Assembly (NCBI GenBank): GCA_038231435.1
Contig: JBBRLJ010000001.1
Coordinates: forward strand, 1-64,000
Direction: 5' to 3'
Origin: Planctomycetota bacterium
GTDB lineage: Bacteria > Planctomycetota > UBA11346
Length of the DNA stretch: 64,000 bases
Each line of letters begins with the position of its first letter. The stretch's first letter is position 1. The position numbers and the translations under genes are program-made. This document shows positions 16,454 to 26,285 of the stretch, piece after piece. The notes under the pieces are model-generated. The model worked only from the letters and a program-made list of their open reading frames with translations. It was not told the DNA's origin and ran no database searches.

Positions 16454-18622
16454 TCAGCCAGGAAGGATCGGCACGTAGTGAGGCGTGAGTCCGGTGGCGA
16501 TATGGTATGCGAAACCGAACACGATCAGCGCCGCAAGCGCAACCAGTTCGGCGAGGATCATGCCCAGGAACAACGGCTTCAGATCCTGGTAGGTGCGTCC
16601 GCCGCCGAAGCGCATGACCCCCTCCTTCACCGCCCACCCGAGCAGGAATGACGGCCATGACAACGCTGCCGGCCACACCCCCCACACCAGGAACAGGACC
16701 GGGTGCAGGGGGAACGCCCGCCAGCTGAAGCGTAGGAATGAGAAGATCGCCACTCCCGCGGCGCCGAACGCCATCCAACCGTAGAATCTCCGCGCGCCGA
16801 AGTTGCTGGCGAGCAGCGGGATCTTATCGAGACCATGCGCGGCTCCAGCCGCCGGCAGCAGGCCGGCGTCGGCCAGTTCGTTCAGGCCTCGCGTGCCGAG
16901 ATCACCGGCACGCTCGGCGATTCCCGAGGCGTAACCGTCGCTGTACAGCCCACGGTTGTACACGCTGTAGGTCTGCACCACGAAGCCGATGCCGAGCGCC
17001 AGGACGATGGCGGCGGCTCCCACCGCCACCATCCGCCCGACGCCGAGGCCCGCGTCCTCGGAGACCTTCAGCGAGTTCGCGGCGTACGGCATCAGGCATT
17101 CGCGCGGATCGGCGCAGAGGATGTTGCCGATCCAACCCAGGGTTGCGGTTGCGCCCGGGCCGAGGAATGGGAGGCCGAACATGTGCGACATCGCCACCCC
17201 GACATCGAATCCCTGCAGGAACGGGATGCCGGTCTCGCAGATGACGCGCGTGAAGACCGCGAAGAACACCAGGAGCCCAGCGACGAAGATCGCCGCCACC
17301 GGCCAATCCAGATGCAACCCACCGACCAGCAGCGCGATCGTGGCGGCAGTCCCGACGATGGCGGCGCGCACGCCGTGCTCCGATGAGCGATCATCGAGAC
17401 GCGATCGCCTGAGCCAAAGTCCCCTGGCGATGGCGTCGGCGTAATATCGGCGCCCGATCCAGCACAGCACCACCGCATAGGCGACGTAGGCCCCCGCCAG
17501 CGTAGCCTGGTTGTCGATGTCGTTGGGTGGCGTGCCCGTCGCCAGGTAGACCTGGGCAGAGGCGGCCACCAGCACGGCGGCCGAGATGCCCATGCTCAGG
17601 CTCGCCTCGCTCGGGATGAAGTAGGCGATGCCGATGATCACGAAATACAGGCGGCCATTGACGATCTGCCATGACCCGCTGTGACCGAGGGTGGGGAAAA
17701 CGTCGTCGATCTCGGGCATCCGCCAGGCGAGCGGAATCGCCGGCAGCGAGGCCGGGAAATACGCCACCACGCAGTTGTAGGCATGGATCGCTACCACCGG
17801 CGCGAAGCCCATCCAGAACAGACGGCTGCGCAGCAGTAGCGGCATGCCGCGAGCGTCCGTCTGCACAAACGCGGTCATCACCGCCGCCAGTGGATAGACC
17901 AGCTGCTCATGCCGGGTCCACTGACGGTGCGCAAGGATGGCCAGGCCGACGACCGCGGTCGCGAGCGCGAGCACGATGGGTGTCCACATGGCGAGCGCGG
18001 GGAGCCAGGCCAGATACGGCGCCTCGCGTGGATCGAGCTCCTGGTCGCCGTGCCTGATCCCGTTGAGCGCGCCGTTGAACACCGTCTCGCGCGCCGACGC
18101 ACTTTCCGCCCGCGGCAGTGCCGCCGAGGGCATGTAGGATAGGGTTCCCGCCGCGCGCCAATCCGCCTTGGCTGAGGATATCGCCTGCGGGAGCGCCAGC
18201 TGGGCATGGAAATAGCGATAGAAGCCCGATCCGGGAATCCAGCTCGCGAAGAGCATCGCAGTCAGGATCAGGGCGGCCTCGGACCTGCGCACGCGCCAGG
18301 ATGGGCGGCGCCAAGACATCGCGTTCCACGCCGCCTGAGCGATCAGAGCTAGCACGATCGGCCCCACCGGCAGATGGTTGCCGATCAGGGGCGGCAGATG
18401 CATGAAGCGCTCGTTGTAGTCCGTGAGCGCCGCGATCACTGCGGTGCCGAGCAGGCCGATGAGGATGGCCGCGAGCCTGGGTCGCGTCGGATATCGGTCC
18501 ACGGCCTTCGCGGTTGGCCCGCTCGGAAGCATTGGTCCTGCAAGCGCCACGGAATCCCCGGCGGGACCCGTCGCGAGGGCTGGCGAGACCGTGATGTCGG
18601 ATCCGTAGGGCGTTCTGCTCAC
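16454..18622 (-). CDS. DUF6785/DUF6784-like polytopic membrane protein (putative transporter)
   Basis: Many TM segments; GNHLP, QWT.HEQLVYPL, TRVICETG.P and PLHPVLFLVW...YQDLKPLFLGMILAE motifs. Confidence 0.7.
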   Translation of the reverse strand: MSRTPYGSDITVSPALATGPAGDSVALAGPMLPSGPTAKAVDRYPTRPRLAAILIGLLGTAVIAALTDYNERFMHLPPLIGNHLPVGPIVLALIAQAAWNAMSWRRPSWRVRRSEAALILTAMLFASWIPGSGFYRYFHAQLALPQAISSAKADWRAAGTLSYMPSAALPRAESASARETVFNGALNGIRHGDQELDPREAPYLAWLPALAMWTPIVLALATAVVGLAILAHRQWTRHEQLVYPLAAVMTAFVQTDARGMPLLLRSRLFWMGFAPVVAIHAYNCVVAYFPASLPAIPLAWRMPEIDDVFPTLGHSGSWQIVNGRLYFVIIGIAYFIPSEASLSMGISAAVLVAASAQVYLATGTPPNDIDNQATLAGAYVAYAVVLCWIGRRYYADAIARGLWLRRSRLDDRSSEHGVRAAIVGTAATIALLVGGLHLDWPVAAIFVAGLLVFFAVFTRVICETGIPFLQGFDVGVAMSHMFGLPFLGPGATATLGWIGNILCADPRECLMPYAANSLKVSEDAGLGVGRMVAVGAAAIVLALGIGFVVQTYSVYNRGLYSDGYASGIAERAGDLGTRGLNELADAGLLPAAGAAHGLDKIPLLASNFGARRFYGWMAFGAAGVAIFSFLRFSWRAFPLHPVLFLVWGVWPAALSWPSFLLGWAVKEGVMRFGGGRTYQDLKPLFLGMILAELVALAALIVFGFAYHIATGLTPHYVPILPG

Positions 18623-18646
18623 GAGCGTCCTACGCGGGGTCCATCG

Positions 18647-19912
18647 TCAACCCGACGAGGGATCGGTCGTGGGCCCACCCACCACGGGCTCCAGCACGCG
18701 GGGCGGGGCCGCGGCCGAGGTGCGAGCCAATACCGACACCGGCACGACGATGCGCGCCGAGGTCTCCTCGGGATGATCGAACACTTGCCGCACGCTCGCC
18801 CTGCCAACCTCGATGCGATCGACATGTATGGTGGTCAATGGCGGTTCGCAGATCTGGCCAGCCGCGATATCGTCGAAACCGGTGACGCTGATCTCTCGCG
18901 GCACCTGTCGACCTTCCTCGCGCAGGTAGCGCATGGCCCCGATGGCCATGAGATCGTTGCCGGCCACCACCGCGGTGGCTTGGGGAACGGCCTGGAGCGC
19001 CAACTTCATGCACTCGTAGCCGGCCTCGATGCTGCCGCAATTCAGCGTGCTGTGGAATACCGGATTCGCGTGCGCGTCCAGCGACGCGCCCGTGATCGTG
19101 GCGCGATACGCGCGCTCGACCTCCACCCAGTGGGGCGTGCGTTCGCCGCTGTTGAGATGCACGAAGTGGCGATGACCCAATGCGAGCAGGTGCTCGACGA
19201 TCTGCCTGCCGCCCGAAGCGTGGTCGGGCATGACACCCGCGAGCCCGTCGTAGGTGCAATTGATGGTGACGACGGGCAATCCAACCGATGAGAACAGCCG
19301 CGCCCTAGCCTTGGTGTCGGAACCCTCGAGCGCGAGCACACCCTTGATGCGCCGACGCCTGATCTCTTCCACGGCCTGCGTGGTGGCCATTGGCGCCATA
19401 TCGTCGATGACGAGCATCAGGCCGCGGGCCTGCGCCTCCTCACGGATGCCGTCGAAGATATCGCGAAAGTACATCGAGTCCCAGCGCGATAGCGCCTCCA
19501 GCCTCCAGCCGGTGAACAGCAGGGAATCCTGGGAGCCGCCCGGCATGCGAGCGGCCAGCTTGCTCGCGGAGCCGAGGACGAAGGTCCCCGATCCGCGTTG
19601 GCGCGTGAGCAGGCGCTTCTCGACCAGCTCGTTGACGGCCTGACGCACCGTCAGCAGGCTGATCTCGAACATCTCCACCAGCTTGCGGTCCGAGTAATAC
19701 TTGTGTCCCGTGGGAAACCTGCCGCTCGCGATCTCTCCCTCGAGATACTGCGCGAGTTGGTGATAGAGCGGGATGGCGCTGTTGCGATCGAGCACCTTCG
19801 CGATGTTGCCTTCGCTGTCCGTCTTCGCGACCTTGCCCGGCTTTCGCCGCTTGTGGACTGGCGTCGCGACGATGGGCGCGGGCGTAGAACCGGAAACGCG
19901 GCGTTTCTTCAT
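18647..19912 (-). CDS. GntR-HTH plus LacI-type sugar-binding domain regulator (AraR-like architecture)
   Basis: PLYHQL..YSDRKL..ISLLTVRQAV.ELV..RGSGTFV; C-terminal NDLMAIG, ISVTGFDD, PPLTTI. Confidence 0.92.
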   Translation of the reverse strand: MKKRRVSGSTPAPIVATPVHKRRKPGKVAKTDSEGNIAKVLDRNSAIPLYHQLAQYLEGEIASGRFPTGHKYYSDRKLVEMFEISLLTVRQAVNELVEKRLLTRQRGSGTFVLGSASKLAARMPGGSQDSLLFTGWRLEALSRWDSMYFRDIFDGIREEAQARGLMLVIDDMAPMATTQAVEEIRRRRIKGVLALEGSDTKARARLFSSVGLPVVTINCTYDGLAGVMPDHASGGRQIVEHLLALGHRHFVHLNSGERTPHWVEVERAYRATITGASLDAHANPVFHSTLNCGSIEAGYECMKLALQAVPQATAVVAGNDLMAIGAMRYLREEGRQVPREISVTGFDDIAAGQICEPPLTTIHVDRIEVGRASVRQVFDHPEETSARIVVPVSVLARTSAAAPPRVLEPVVGGPTTDPSSG

Positions 19913-19921
19913 AGATATAAT

Positions 19922-19938
19922 CTATATATCAGTGAATC
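19922..19938. promoter_or_regulatory. Candidate operator CTATATATCAGTGAATC
   Basis: Lies 10-26 nt upstream of the regulator ATG; matches the sites at 39304 and 56586. Confidence 0.65.
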
Positions 19939-19998
19939 GGTACAAGTGCTCAACTGATGAGCAATATGCCTGTGAACCGCTGGGCTCAAGCGCGACGC

Positions 19999-21519
19999 TC
20001 ACGGGGCGATGGACTCCAGGAGCACGATGGTCGCTCCCCCCTCCAGATGCTCGGGGGCGCCCATCGCCTTGGCCTTGGCATCATCGGCCTTCGGCCATCC
20101 CGCTTCGCTTGTCGCCCCCGCCAGCGTCAGGCGGTACGCGCCGTCCTTGGCGATGATCTCGCTGCGTTGGCCATGGCGATCGACGATTACCGCCTTCGCG
20201 GCCTTGGCCGGGATCGTCGCTTCGGCGTCCTTAGCGGTATCGGCGAAGGCCATCACCAAGCGCCGGCCGGGCGCTGAGAACTCGAAGGCATCCCAACCAT
20301 CCTGACCTCCTCCATCGAACGGCCACCTGCCGTCGAGAAAGCCGACGCCGGCCGTACCGTGGATCTGCTTCAGGAAATGCGCGTCGGCGAACTCCTTCAC
20401 CAGCACATCGCGGTAGGCGGTGAGAGCTGGCTTGGGTTTGCCGAGCATGCCGTCGTAGAGGCCGTGCCCGTTCGAGTTATCGAGTTGGAAGTGGAAGAAG
20501 CGCTCGACCCCCGAGCGGCTCCCCCACGCGAATGACTGCAGCACGTAATCGCAATACTCGTCCGCGTTGCAGCCGAAGATTCCGCCCTGGTCGGGGCTGC
20601 CCATTTCGGTGATCCAGACCCGCACGTCGGTCTTGATGGTATCCCGGCAGAGCTTGCGCAGTACCGCGACATAATCGTAGAGGTCGCTCGCGCGGCTGTA
20701 CGAGTGCTGGTTCATGATGTCGAAATAGAAGTGGTGCTTCGCTGCCTCGGGATCCTTGGCGCATGCGTTCAGGTATTCCTCGAGGAAGCAGGCAGTTGGT
20801 GGATTCGGAGTCGGCGCCTTCAGGTGGTGCGCGCCCAGGTAGCCCTCGAACGAGGCGAAGCACAATCCGGCGAAGACTACGGTGCAGTCGGGATCGGCGG
20901 CCTTGGCGGCCAAGTAGCACGCGCGTTGATAGGGCAGGAAGTCCCGCCCGTCGCCCTTGAAGAAGGCATGGCCCGGCAGGTCCGGCTCGTTCCAGCTCTC
21001 CCAGGCGTGGATGACATCCTTGTAGCGCTTCACGGTCTCGAAGACGAAGTGCCCGTAGAGGTTCGCGGGATCGGTCGCGGGCATGACCTCGATGCCGCGC
21101 GGCGGGCGCGAGGGCTCACCGCCCGCGACGTCCTTGAAGCGTGGGTCCTCGGCCCACGCGGCGCCGTAGCCAAGGATGGGCAGGATGTCGAGATCCGGAT
21201 GCGCGGTGCGCAGCGCGCGCATCTTCTCGAGCTCGCCCCAGTTCCACTGAGCCGGGTCGTCGCCGGCCTTGGCACGCACGGTGCCGAACGAGCAGTCGAG
21301 GCGCACCATGCGCGCGCCCGCGTCGAGCATCGCCGTCGCATACGCGGGATTGCCAAGCATGTTGCCATTGGAGCACATCGCGAAGCGGTTGCCGTTGTCG
21401 CTACCCGTGGGCGCGGCTTCCGCCGCCGAGGCCGTGGAGAAGCCCGCCGATACCCAGGCCACGACGACGCAGGACGAGAACAGCGTGTGGATCATGGAGT
21501 GGTTCGGGACGGTGATCAT
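19999..21519 (-). CDS. Secreted clan-A-like glycoside hydrolase (GH5/GH39-like)
   Basis: Signal peptide; WESWNEPD, QHSY, WITEMG. Confidence 0.75.
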   Translation of the reverse strand: MITVPNHSMIHTLFSSCVVVAWVSAGFSTASAAEAAPTGSDNGNRFAMCSNGNMLGNPAYATAMLDAGARMVRLDCSFGTVRAKAGDDPAQWNWGELEKMRALRTAHPDLDILPILGYGAAWAEDPRFKDVAGGEPSRPPRGIEVMPATDPANLYGHFVFETVKRYKDVIHAWESWNEPDLPGHAFFKGDGRDFLPYQRACYLAAKAADPDCTVVFAGLCFASFEGYLGAHHLKAPTPNPPTACFLEEYLNACAKDPEAAKHHFYFDIMNQHSYSRASDLYDYVAVLRKLCRDTIKTDVRVWITEMGSPDQGGIFGCNADEYCDYVLQSFAWGSRSGVERFFHFQLDNSNGHGLYDGMLGKPKPALTAYRDVLVKEFADAHFLKQIHGTAGVGFLDGRWPFDGGGQDGWDAFEFSAPGRRLVMAFADTAKDAEATIPAKAAKAVIVDRHGQRSEIIAKDGAYRLTLAGATSEAGWPKADDAKAKAMGAPEHLEGGATIVLLESIAP

Positions 21520-22871
21520 GGAGTGGCTCCGTGTTGGCGAAGATAGTCGAGGATGCCGCTCAACCAGGCCTGCTTGCCGACGTCGATACCGTACCGGTTG
21601 TCGTGCCAGTCCTGGGCCATGGCCGCCGCGGCGGCGTACTGCGCCTTAGCCTTATCGGCGGCTCCGGCGAGGCGCCAGGTGTCGCCCATCCCGACCGTCG
21701 CGTCCATCACCTCGTCGCTCTGCGGATAGGTGCTGATCGCCTTGCGATAGGCCAGGATCGAATCCTCGAACGCGCCGTCCTCGGCGAGCAGGCGCGCCAG
21801 CGAAACCACCGATCTCGGAGCCAGCGAACTGGCCCCGTAGCGCTCGGCGAACGAGCGGTAGGTGGCTTCGGCCTTGGCGCGGTCCTTGAGCGCCTGCTCC
21901 TGGATGCGGCCGAGATCCAGCAGCGCGTATTCGGCGAGCAGATCCTGGGGATACATGCGCAGCAACTGCTCGAGCGCCGCGGCGGCCGCGGGCGCGTCGC
22001 CGAGCGACTTCGCGCCAGCCGGATCGAAGAGCGTGGTGGCCTTGCCGTACGCGGCGCGCGCCGCCACATCGGCTAGCGGGTATGTGGCGATGACCTCGCC
22101 GTAGGCTTTCACAGCCTCGGCGAAATGCGCGTCGTAGCGCTTTTGATCGGCGCCGCGCAGGAGATCGGAGGCTTCGTGGTTGTACACGTCAGCGGGATGG
22201 CGGATCGCGTCGGAGGCTGGCGGATCGAGCGAGATCTCGAGATCGGTGATCGGCTTGCCGCCATCGAGGAAGCGCGCGCAGATGATGTGCCCACCGATCA
22301 CCTGATCGACGGTGGCAAGCACGGTGTTCCAACCTTGCGCGAGCGGCGCCGCGCATTGGTCGCTGTCATATGTCGGGCTGCGCTGGATCTGGTTCGTCCA
22401 GACCAGCTTGTGGTTGAAAACCACCTTGAGGGCGTCGTCGGCGCTGCCGGCGAAGATCGCCTGCGGATGCGCGGCCGGACTATAGATGTAGGCGCAGCAG
22501 CAGGTGGCGGCGTAGTCGAATCCGTGGTTCGCCACCAGGAACAGGTCCGCCATCGATGGACCATTCACCGACGCCGGGAAATGCATCTTCCGCCAGGCCT
22601 CGCCTTGGACGCGGTCGCCTGAACGCGGACGCAGCGCGAGCTCGTCCGGAAACAGCGGCGCGCTCATCGAATCGCCGAGAAAACGAATGTCGTATTGGAG
22701 CGGGCTGATCGCCAGCCAATGCATGATCGAGCCCTCTTCGAGAGTCGGATAGACGAGCACATCCTTGGCGCCGGCGGCATCCGCGGACTCGGCGGACTCG
22801 GCGAAGGTGGTCGCCTGGCCGGACGTAAGCAACGCGAGCACGATCAGCATGCGGGATGTGGAGGTGATCAC
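21516..22871 (-). CDS. Secreted PA14-like plus TPR protein
   Basis: Signal peptide; GSADDALKV.FN...GWNTVL domain; several TPR-like repeats (YP..D.A, YPQS). Start uncertain. Confidence 0.7.
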   Translation of the reverse strand: MITSTSRMLIVLALLTSGQATTFAESAESADAAGAKDVLVYPTLEEGSIMHWLAISPLQYDIRFLGDSMSAPLFPDELALRPRSGDRVQGEAWRKMHFPASVNGPSMADLFLVANHGFDYAATCCCAYIYSPAAHPQAIFAGSADDALKVVFNHKLVWTNQIQRSPTYDSDQCAAPLAQGWNTVLATVDQVIGGHIICARFLDGGKPITDLEISLDPPASDAIRHPADVYNHEASDLLRGADQKRYDAHFAEAVKAYGEVIATYPLADVAARAAYGKATTLFDPAGAKSLGDAPAAAAALEQLLRMYPQDLLAEYALLDLGRIQEQALKDRAKAEATYRSFAERYGASSLAPRSVVSLARLLAEDGAFEDSILAYRKAISTYPQSDEVMDATVGMGDTWRLAGAADKAKAQYAAAAAMAQDWHDNRYGIDVGKQAWLSGILDYLRQHGATP

Positions 22872-22959
22872 GGGGTGCTTTCGATCAAGAGGACGATCAA
22901 CGGATCGATCATGGCGATGATTCCTCGGGATGTGACAGGATCGACCAGCAGAGCGGAAA

Positions 22960-25900
22960 TCATTCGCGTGGGCCATATGCCTCGACCTCCATGATGCCGA
23001 TGGTGCCCAACGCGTCGTTGGTCCCGTCGACCAGCACGCGGATCTTCTGGGCTTGGGTGCCGGACTTCAGCCGCGTGATGCGCGATACGCGGTCGTTTCC
23101 GGTGATGGTGTCGGCGGTCTCCCAGTCCTTGCCGTTCCATAGCTGGACGCGCCAGGCCTTGATGCCGCTGGTCGCGGGCGTCCAGTTGGCGAATGCGACG
23201 GTGTAGACGGTGACGGTGCTGAGCTTCCGCGCCGCGGGAAAATCGATCTGCAGCCACTGCTGGCCGGTGGCGGCGGGATCGGCGACCCAGGTGGTGGGAT
23301 AGAACTCGCGCCAGTCCTTGATCAGGCGCTTGCCATCGATCGCATTGCCGGCCCTGCCTTCGAGGAGGATCTTGTTGATCTTCGGGGTCTTCGCGCCCCA
23401 ATCCATCGTCGCCACCTGAACGTCCTTCTTCATCTCGGACGACGCGCTGGCCACGGCTCCGTTACTCGCGAGCGCCCAATTGACCAGCTCGATGGCGCCG
23501 GCGGCGGCGCCCGGCGAGAACACCTGCAGTTCGGCGATGTCCACGGTCTTCGACCGCACCGTCCAGGCATCGACCACGGTCAGGCGTACCTCGTCGGTGA
23601 CCATCGCCTTGAAGGTTTCGGCGCGGAAGCGGCGGTAGGGCTGCTCGCGCTTCGAGGCGAGGGTCACCCAAGCGCCGTCAGGACCGACCGCCTCGAGGAC
23701 GTAGCCGCGCGGGCTGTACCCCCAGATGCCGACGCGATCGATGGTGGTCGGCCCCGACAGGCGCACGCTTATCGACTGCGGCAGCTGGTTCGGCACCAGG
23801 CTCCGCCACGAACTGCTGCTCGCGACATTGCCATCGATCACCGATGCAGCCGAGCCGGTGCCCTGCTCCGAGCTCGCCTCGGCGGTCGCGCCCATCGCGG
23901 TGAGGGCAACGTTCGCACCCCAGTTCTCGGGCACAGGTTTGAGCGTCGTCGCCTTGGCCGCCACCAGGTAGATGGGATAGCTGCCGACCTCGAGCGCGAG
24001 CTTGCCATCCTTGGCGAGGATGGGCAGCGCGTTACCGAAGCAGTCGAAGCACTGGACGGGTCCATCGACGGTGAATTCGGCATGGGTGCTGGGATCAGGC
24101 GCATCCTCGGGGACATCGTTGGCCGAGGTCCACATCACCACCACCTGGCGCTCGGTGCCGGGATAGCGGAACGCGCGCAGCACGTCGACCGAGCCGAAAT
24201 CCAGGCGCTGGGCGCGCTCCTGCCCCTTCACAAAACCGGTGTAGGTGCGCATCGCCACCGCCGCAGGCGTCAGCTGGTTGGCGCGCAACCACATGTCGTA
24301 ATAGCCCATGCTGTCAGTGAAGTAATACATGTTGTGGCGATGGTCGATGCCCATCACTGCGTCCTGCCAGGCGTACTGCTCGACCACCTGCTTGATGACC
24401 TCACGCAGCGCCGGCATGCTGCTCCAGCCATTGTGGAAGTAGCCGGCCTCGGTGAAGTTGATCGGCTTGGCGACGTCGCCGTTCGCTGCGATCACCTGCA
24501 GCAGGCGCTGCATCGCCGGAACCGCCTCGCCGTCGTCGAAGTTGCCGGCGTAGGGATGGAAGGTCAGCTCGTCGGTGACGTCCTTGAGCCCGAGTTGGTA
24601 GAGCTCGTTGAGGTAGCGCGCCTGCTCCGGGCCGATGCCGCACAAGACCGGACCGAGGATCTTGGTGTTCGGCGATGTCTTCTTGATGCTGTCGTGCGCC
24701 GGGCGCAGGAAGGTCTCCATGTATTCCTTCGGCTGCATGGTGCCGTTCGGCTCGTTGATGATCTCGATGCGCGGGATGCGGTCTTGCACCTTCTCGAACA
24801 GCGCGGCGCAGACGTCGGCGAACTTCTTCGGATCGTTGCCGACCGGCGAACCATCGATCTGGAAGTCGAGGCTGACGTCGGTGCCTTCAGCGGCCTTGCG
24901 GTTCTCCTCGGCATTGCGCAACACCTCGTCGATCTTCTGGGGTTCGACCCCGAGGCGGATGAGGCCGAGTCCGATGGTGTAGTCGGTCTGGATCTGGTGG
25001 TCGAAGCGTTCGCCCATGCCGGCCTGGCGCTTGAGCAGCGAGAAGATCAGCCGTTCCTTCGCCGGCAACAGCGTCTGCTTCGCGTCCTCGACCCACAGGT
25101 AGGCGCGATACCAGCCGAGCTGTCCGACAGCGAGCGGCACGGCGATCTTCACCGGATCCGCGCCGGATGACAGGTCGAGCGGAGCCTGGCCCGCGCCGGC
25201 GCGATGCCCGAACGCATCCTCGATCTCGTATATGACGCGCAGCCCATCCAGCTTCGCGATCTTCTGATAGTCCGCCTTGGCGATCGAGACGTCGGCCGCC
25301 ACCGCATCGCCCTGCCAGAACACCGCGGGAGTCCCGGCCTGGGCGATGGACATCGCCGGCGAAGCCAGCACCGGCGCCGCGCCCTTCTCGGCGATCAGCG
25401 CGTAGGAGTATTCGCCGTTGGCGACATAACCGCCGCGCGAATACGCCATCTGCCCCACGCGGCCATTCTCGTTCGGGTTGTAGGGGTTGCCGGGGCCCTG
25501 GTTGACGATGCCGAGTGTCGCGCCGCTCGCATAGGTCACCTTCACGCGCATCCATGGCGAACGCGTCACTCGCGCCGGCAGCGGAATGGTCTCCTTGGAA
25601 TCGAGCGAGCGCACCAGCTGCGCGCCGGCGCCGAACTCGAGCGTTGGGCCGCTCCCGGCTACACCGCCCGCGCCGCCGGCGCTCGCCAGCACCCGCACTG
25701 TCAGTGAAGTCTCATCAGCGTCATAGATGATGCGCAGAGCGTGATCGATGACCTTGTCGCCCTGCTTGACCGCGAAGTAGGCGATCACCCGCGATGGACC
25801 CTCCTGCACCACCTCGCGCTTCACCACCGGTCCAACGCGGTCGAGATCGATCGACATCTTGGTGATCGCGTCCTCGCTCGCGCCGGCTCCGCTGATCGAC

Positions 25901-26070
25901 ATGCGCGAAAGCAGGCCGGACTCGCCGCTGACGCGCGCGCTGTAGACCCCGGTGGAGATCTGCAGATCGGCGCCATCCTTGGTGATGCCGACCGCCGCCG
26001 CGAGCGTGGAAGAGGCGCCAAAGATGAGCATGATGAGCCACGCAGGCCATGCTGCCACAGTGACATACAT
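22960..26070 (-). CDS. Large secreted clan-A-like hydrolase with two F5/8 (CBM32-like) domains
   Basis: EIINEPN, FHPY, NFTEAG; two discoidin-like repeats (NVAL..GATAEASS, NWALASNGAVASASS). Start uncertain. Confidence 0.72.
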   Translation of the reverse strand: MYVTVAAWPAWLIMLIFGASSTLAAAVGITKDGADLQISTGVYSARVSGESGLLSRMSISGAGASEDAITKMSIDLDRVGPVVKREVVQEGPSRVIAYFAVKQGDKVIDHALRIIYDADETSLTVRVLASAGGAGGVAGSGPTLEFGAGAQLVRSLDSKETIPLPARVTRSPWMRVKVTYASGATLGIVNQGPGNPYNPNENGRVGQMAYSRGGYVANGEYSYALIAEKGAAPVLASPAMSIAQAGTPAVFWQGDAVAADVSIAKADYQKIAKLDGLRVIYEIEDAFGHRAGAGQAPLDLSSGADPVKIAVPLAVGQLGWYRAYLWVEDAKQTLLPAKERLIFSLLKRQAGMGERFDHQIQTDYTIGLGLIRLGVEPQKIDEVLRNAEENRKAAEGTDVSLDFQIDGSPVGNDPKKFADVCAALFEKVQDRIPRIEIINEPNGTMQPKEYMETFLRPAHDSIKKTSPNTKILGPVLCGIGPEQARYLNELYQLGLKDVTDELTFHPYAGNFDDGEAVPAMQRLLQVIAANGDVAKPINFTEAGYFHNGWSSMPALREVIKQVVEQYAWQDAVMGIDHRHNMYYFTDSMGYYDMWLRANQLTPAAVAMRTYTGFVKGQERAQRLDFGSVDVLRAFRYPGTERQVVVMWTSANDVPEDAPDPSTHAEFTVDGPVQCFDCFGNALPILAKDGKLALEVGSYPIYLVAAKATTLKPVPENWGANVALTAMGATAEASSEQGTGSAASVIDGNVASSSSWRSLVPNQLPQSISVRLSGPTTIDRVGIWGYSPRGYVLEAVGPDGAWVTLASKREQPYRRFRAETFKAMVTDEVRLTVVDAWTVRSKTVDIAELQVFSPGAAAGAIELVNWALASNGAVASASSEMKKDVQVATMDWGAKTPKINKILLEGRAGNAIDGKRLIKDWREFYPTTWVADPAATGQQWLQIDFPAARKLSTVTVYTVAFANWTPATSGIKAWRVQLWNGKDWETADTITGNDRVSRITRLKSGTQAQKIRVLVDGTNDALGTIGIMEVEAYGPRE

Positions 26071-26285
26071 GCCAATCGCGGAGCACGTCCGCTTCCCCGT
26101 CTGGCGTCTCGTGATCATTCCGTCGCCATGCATGGGCAGCTCCAATCGGACCGGCATCGCCCGGTGTGATGATGTGATATATATCTACGTATCTGAACGA
26201 GCAACCACCCCGGGCGTGACCGCATGGGAGCCGAGCGAGTACGGGGACGCCCCAGGTCAGTCCCTGGCGCCTGCCAGGGGAAGGC

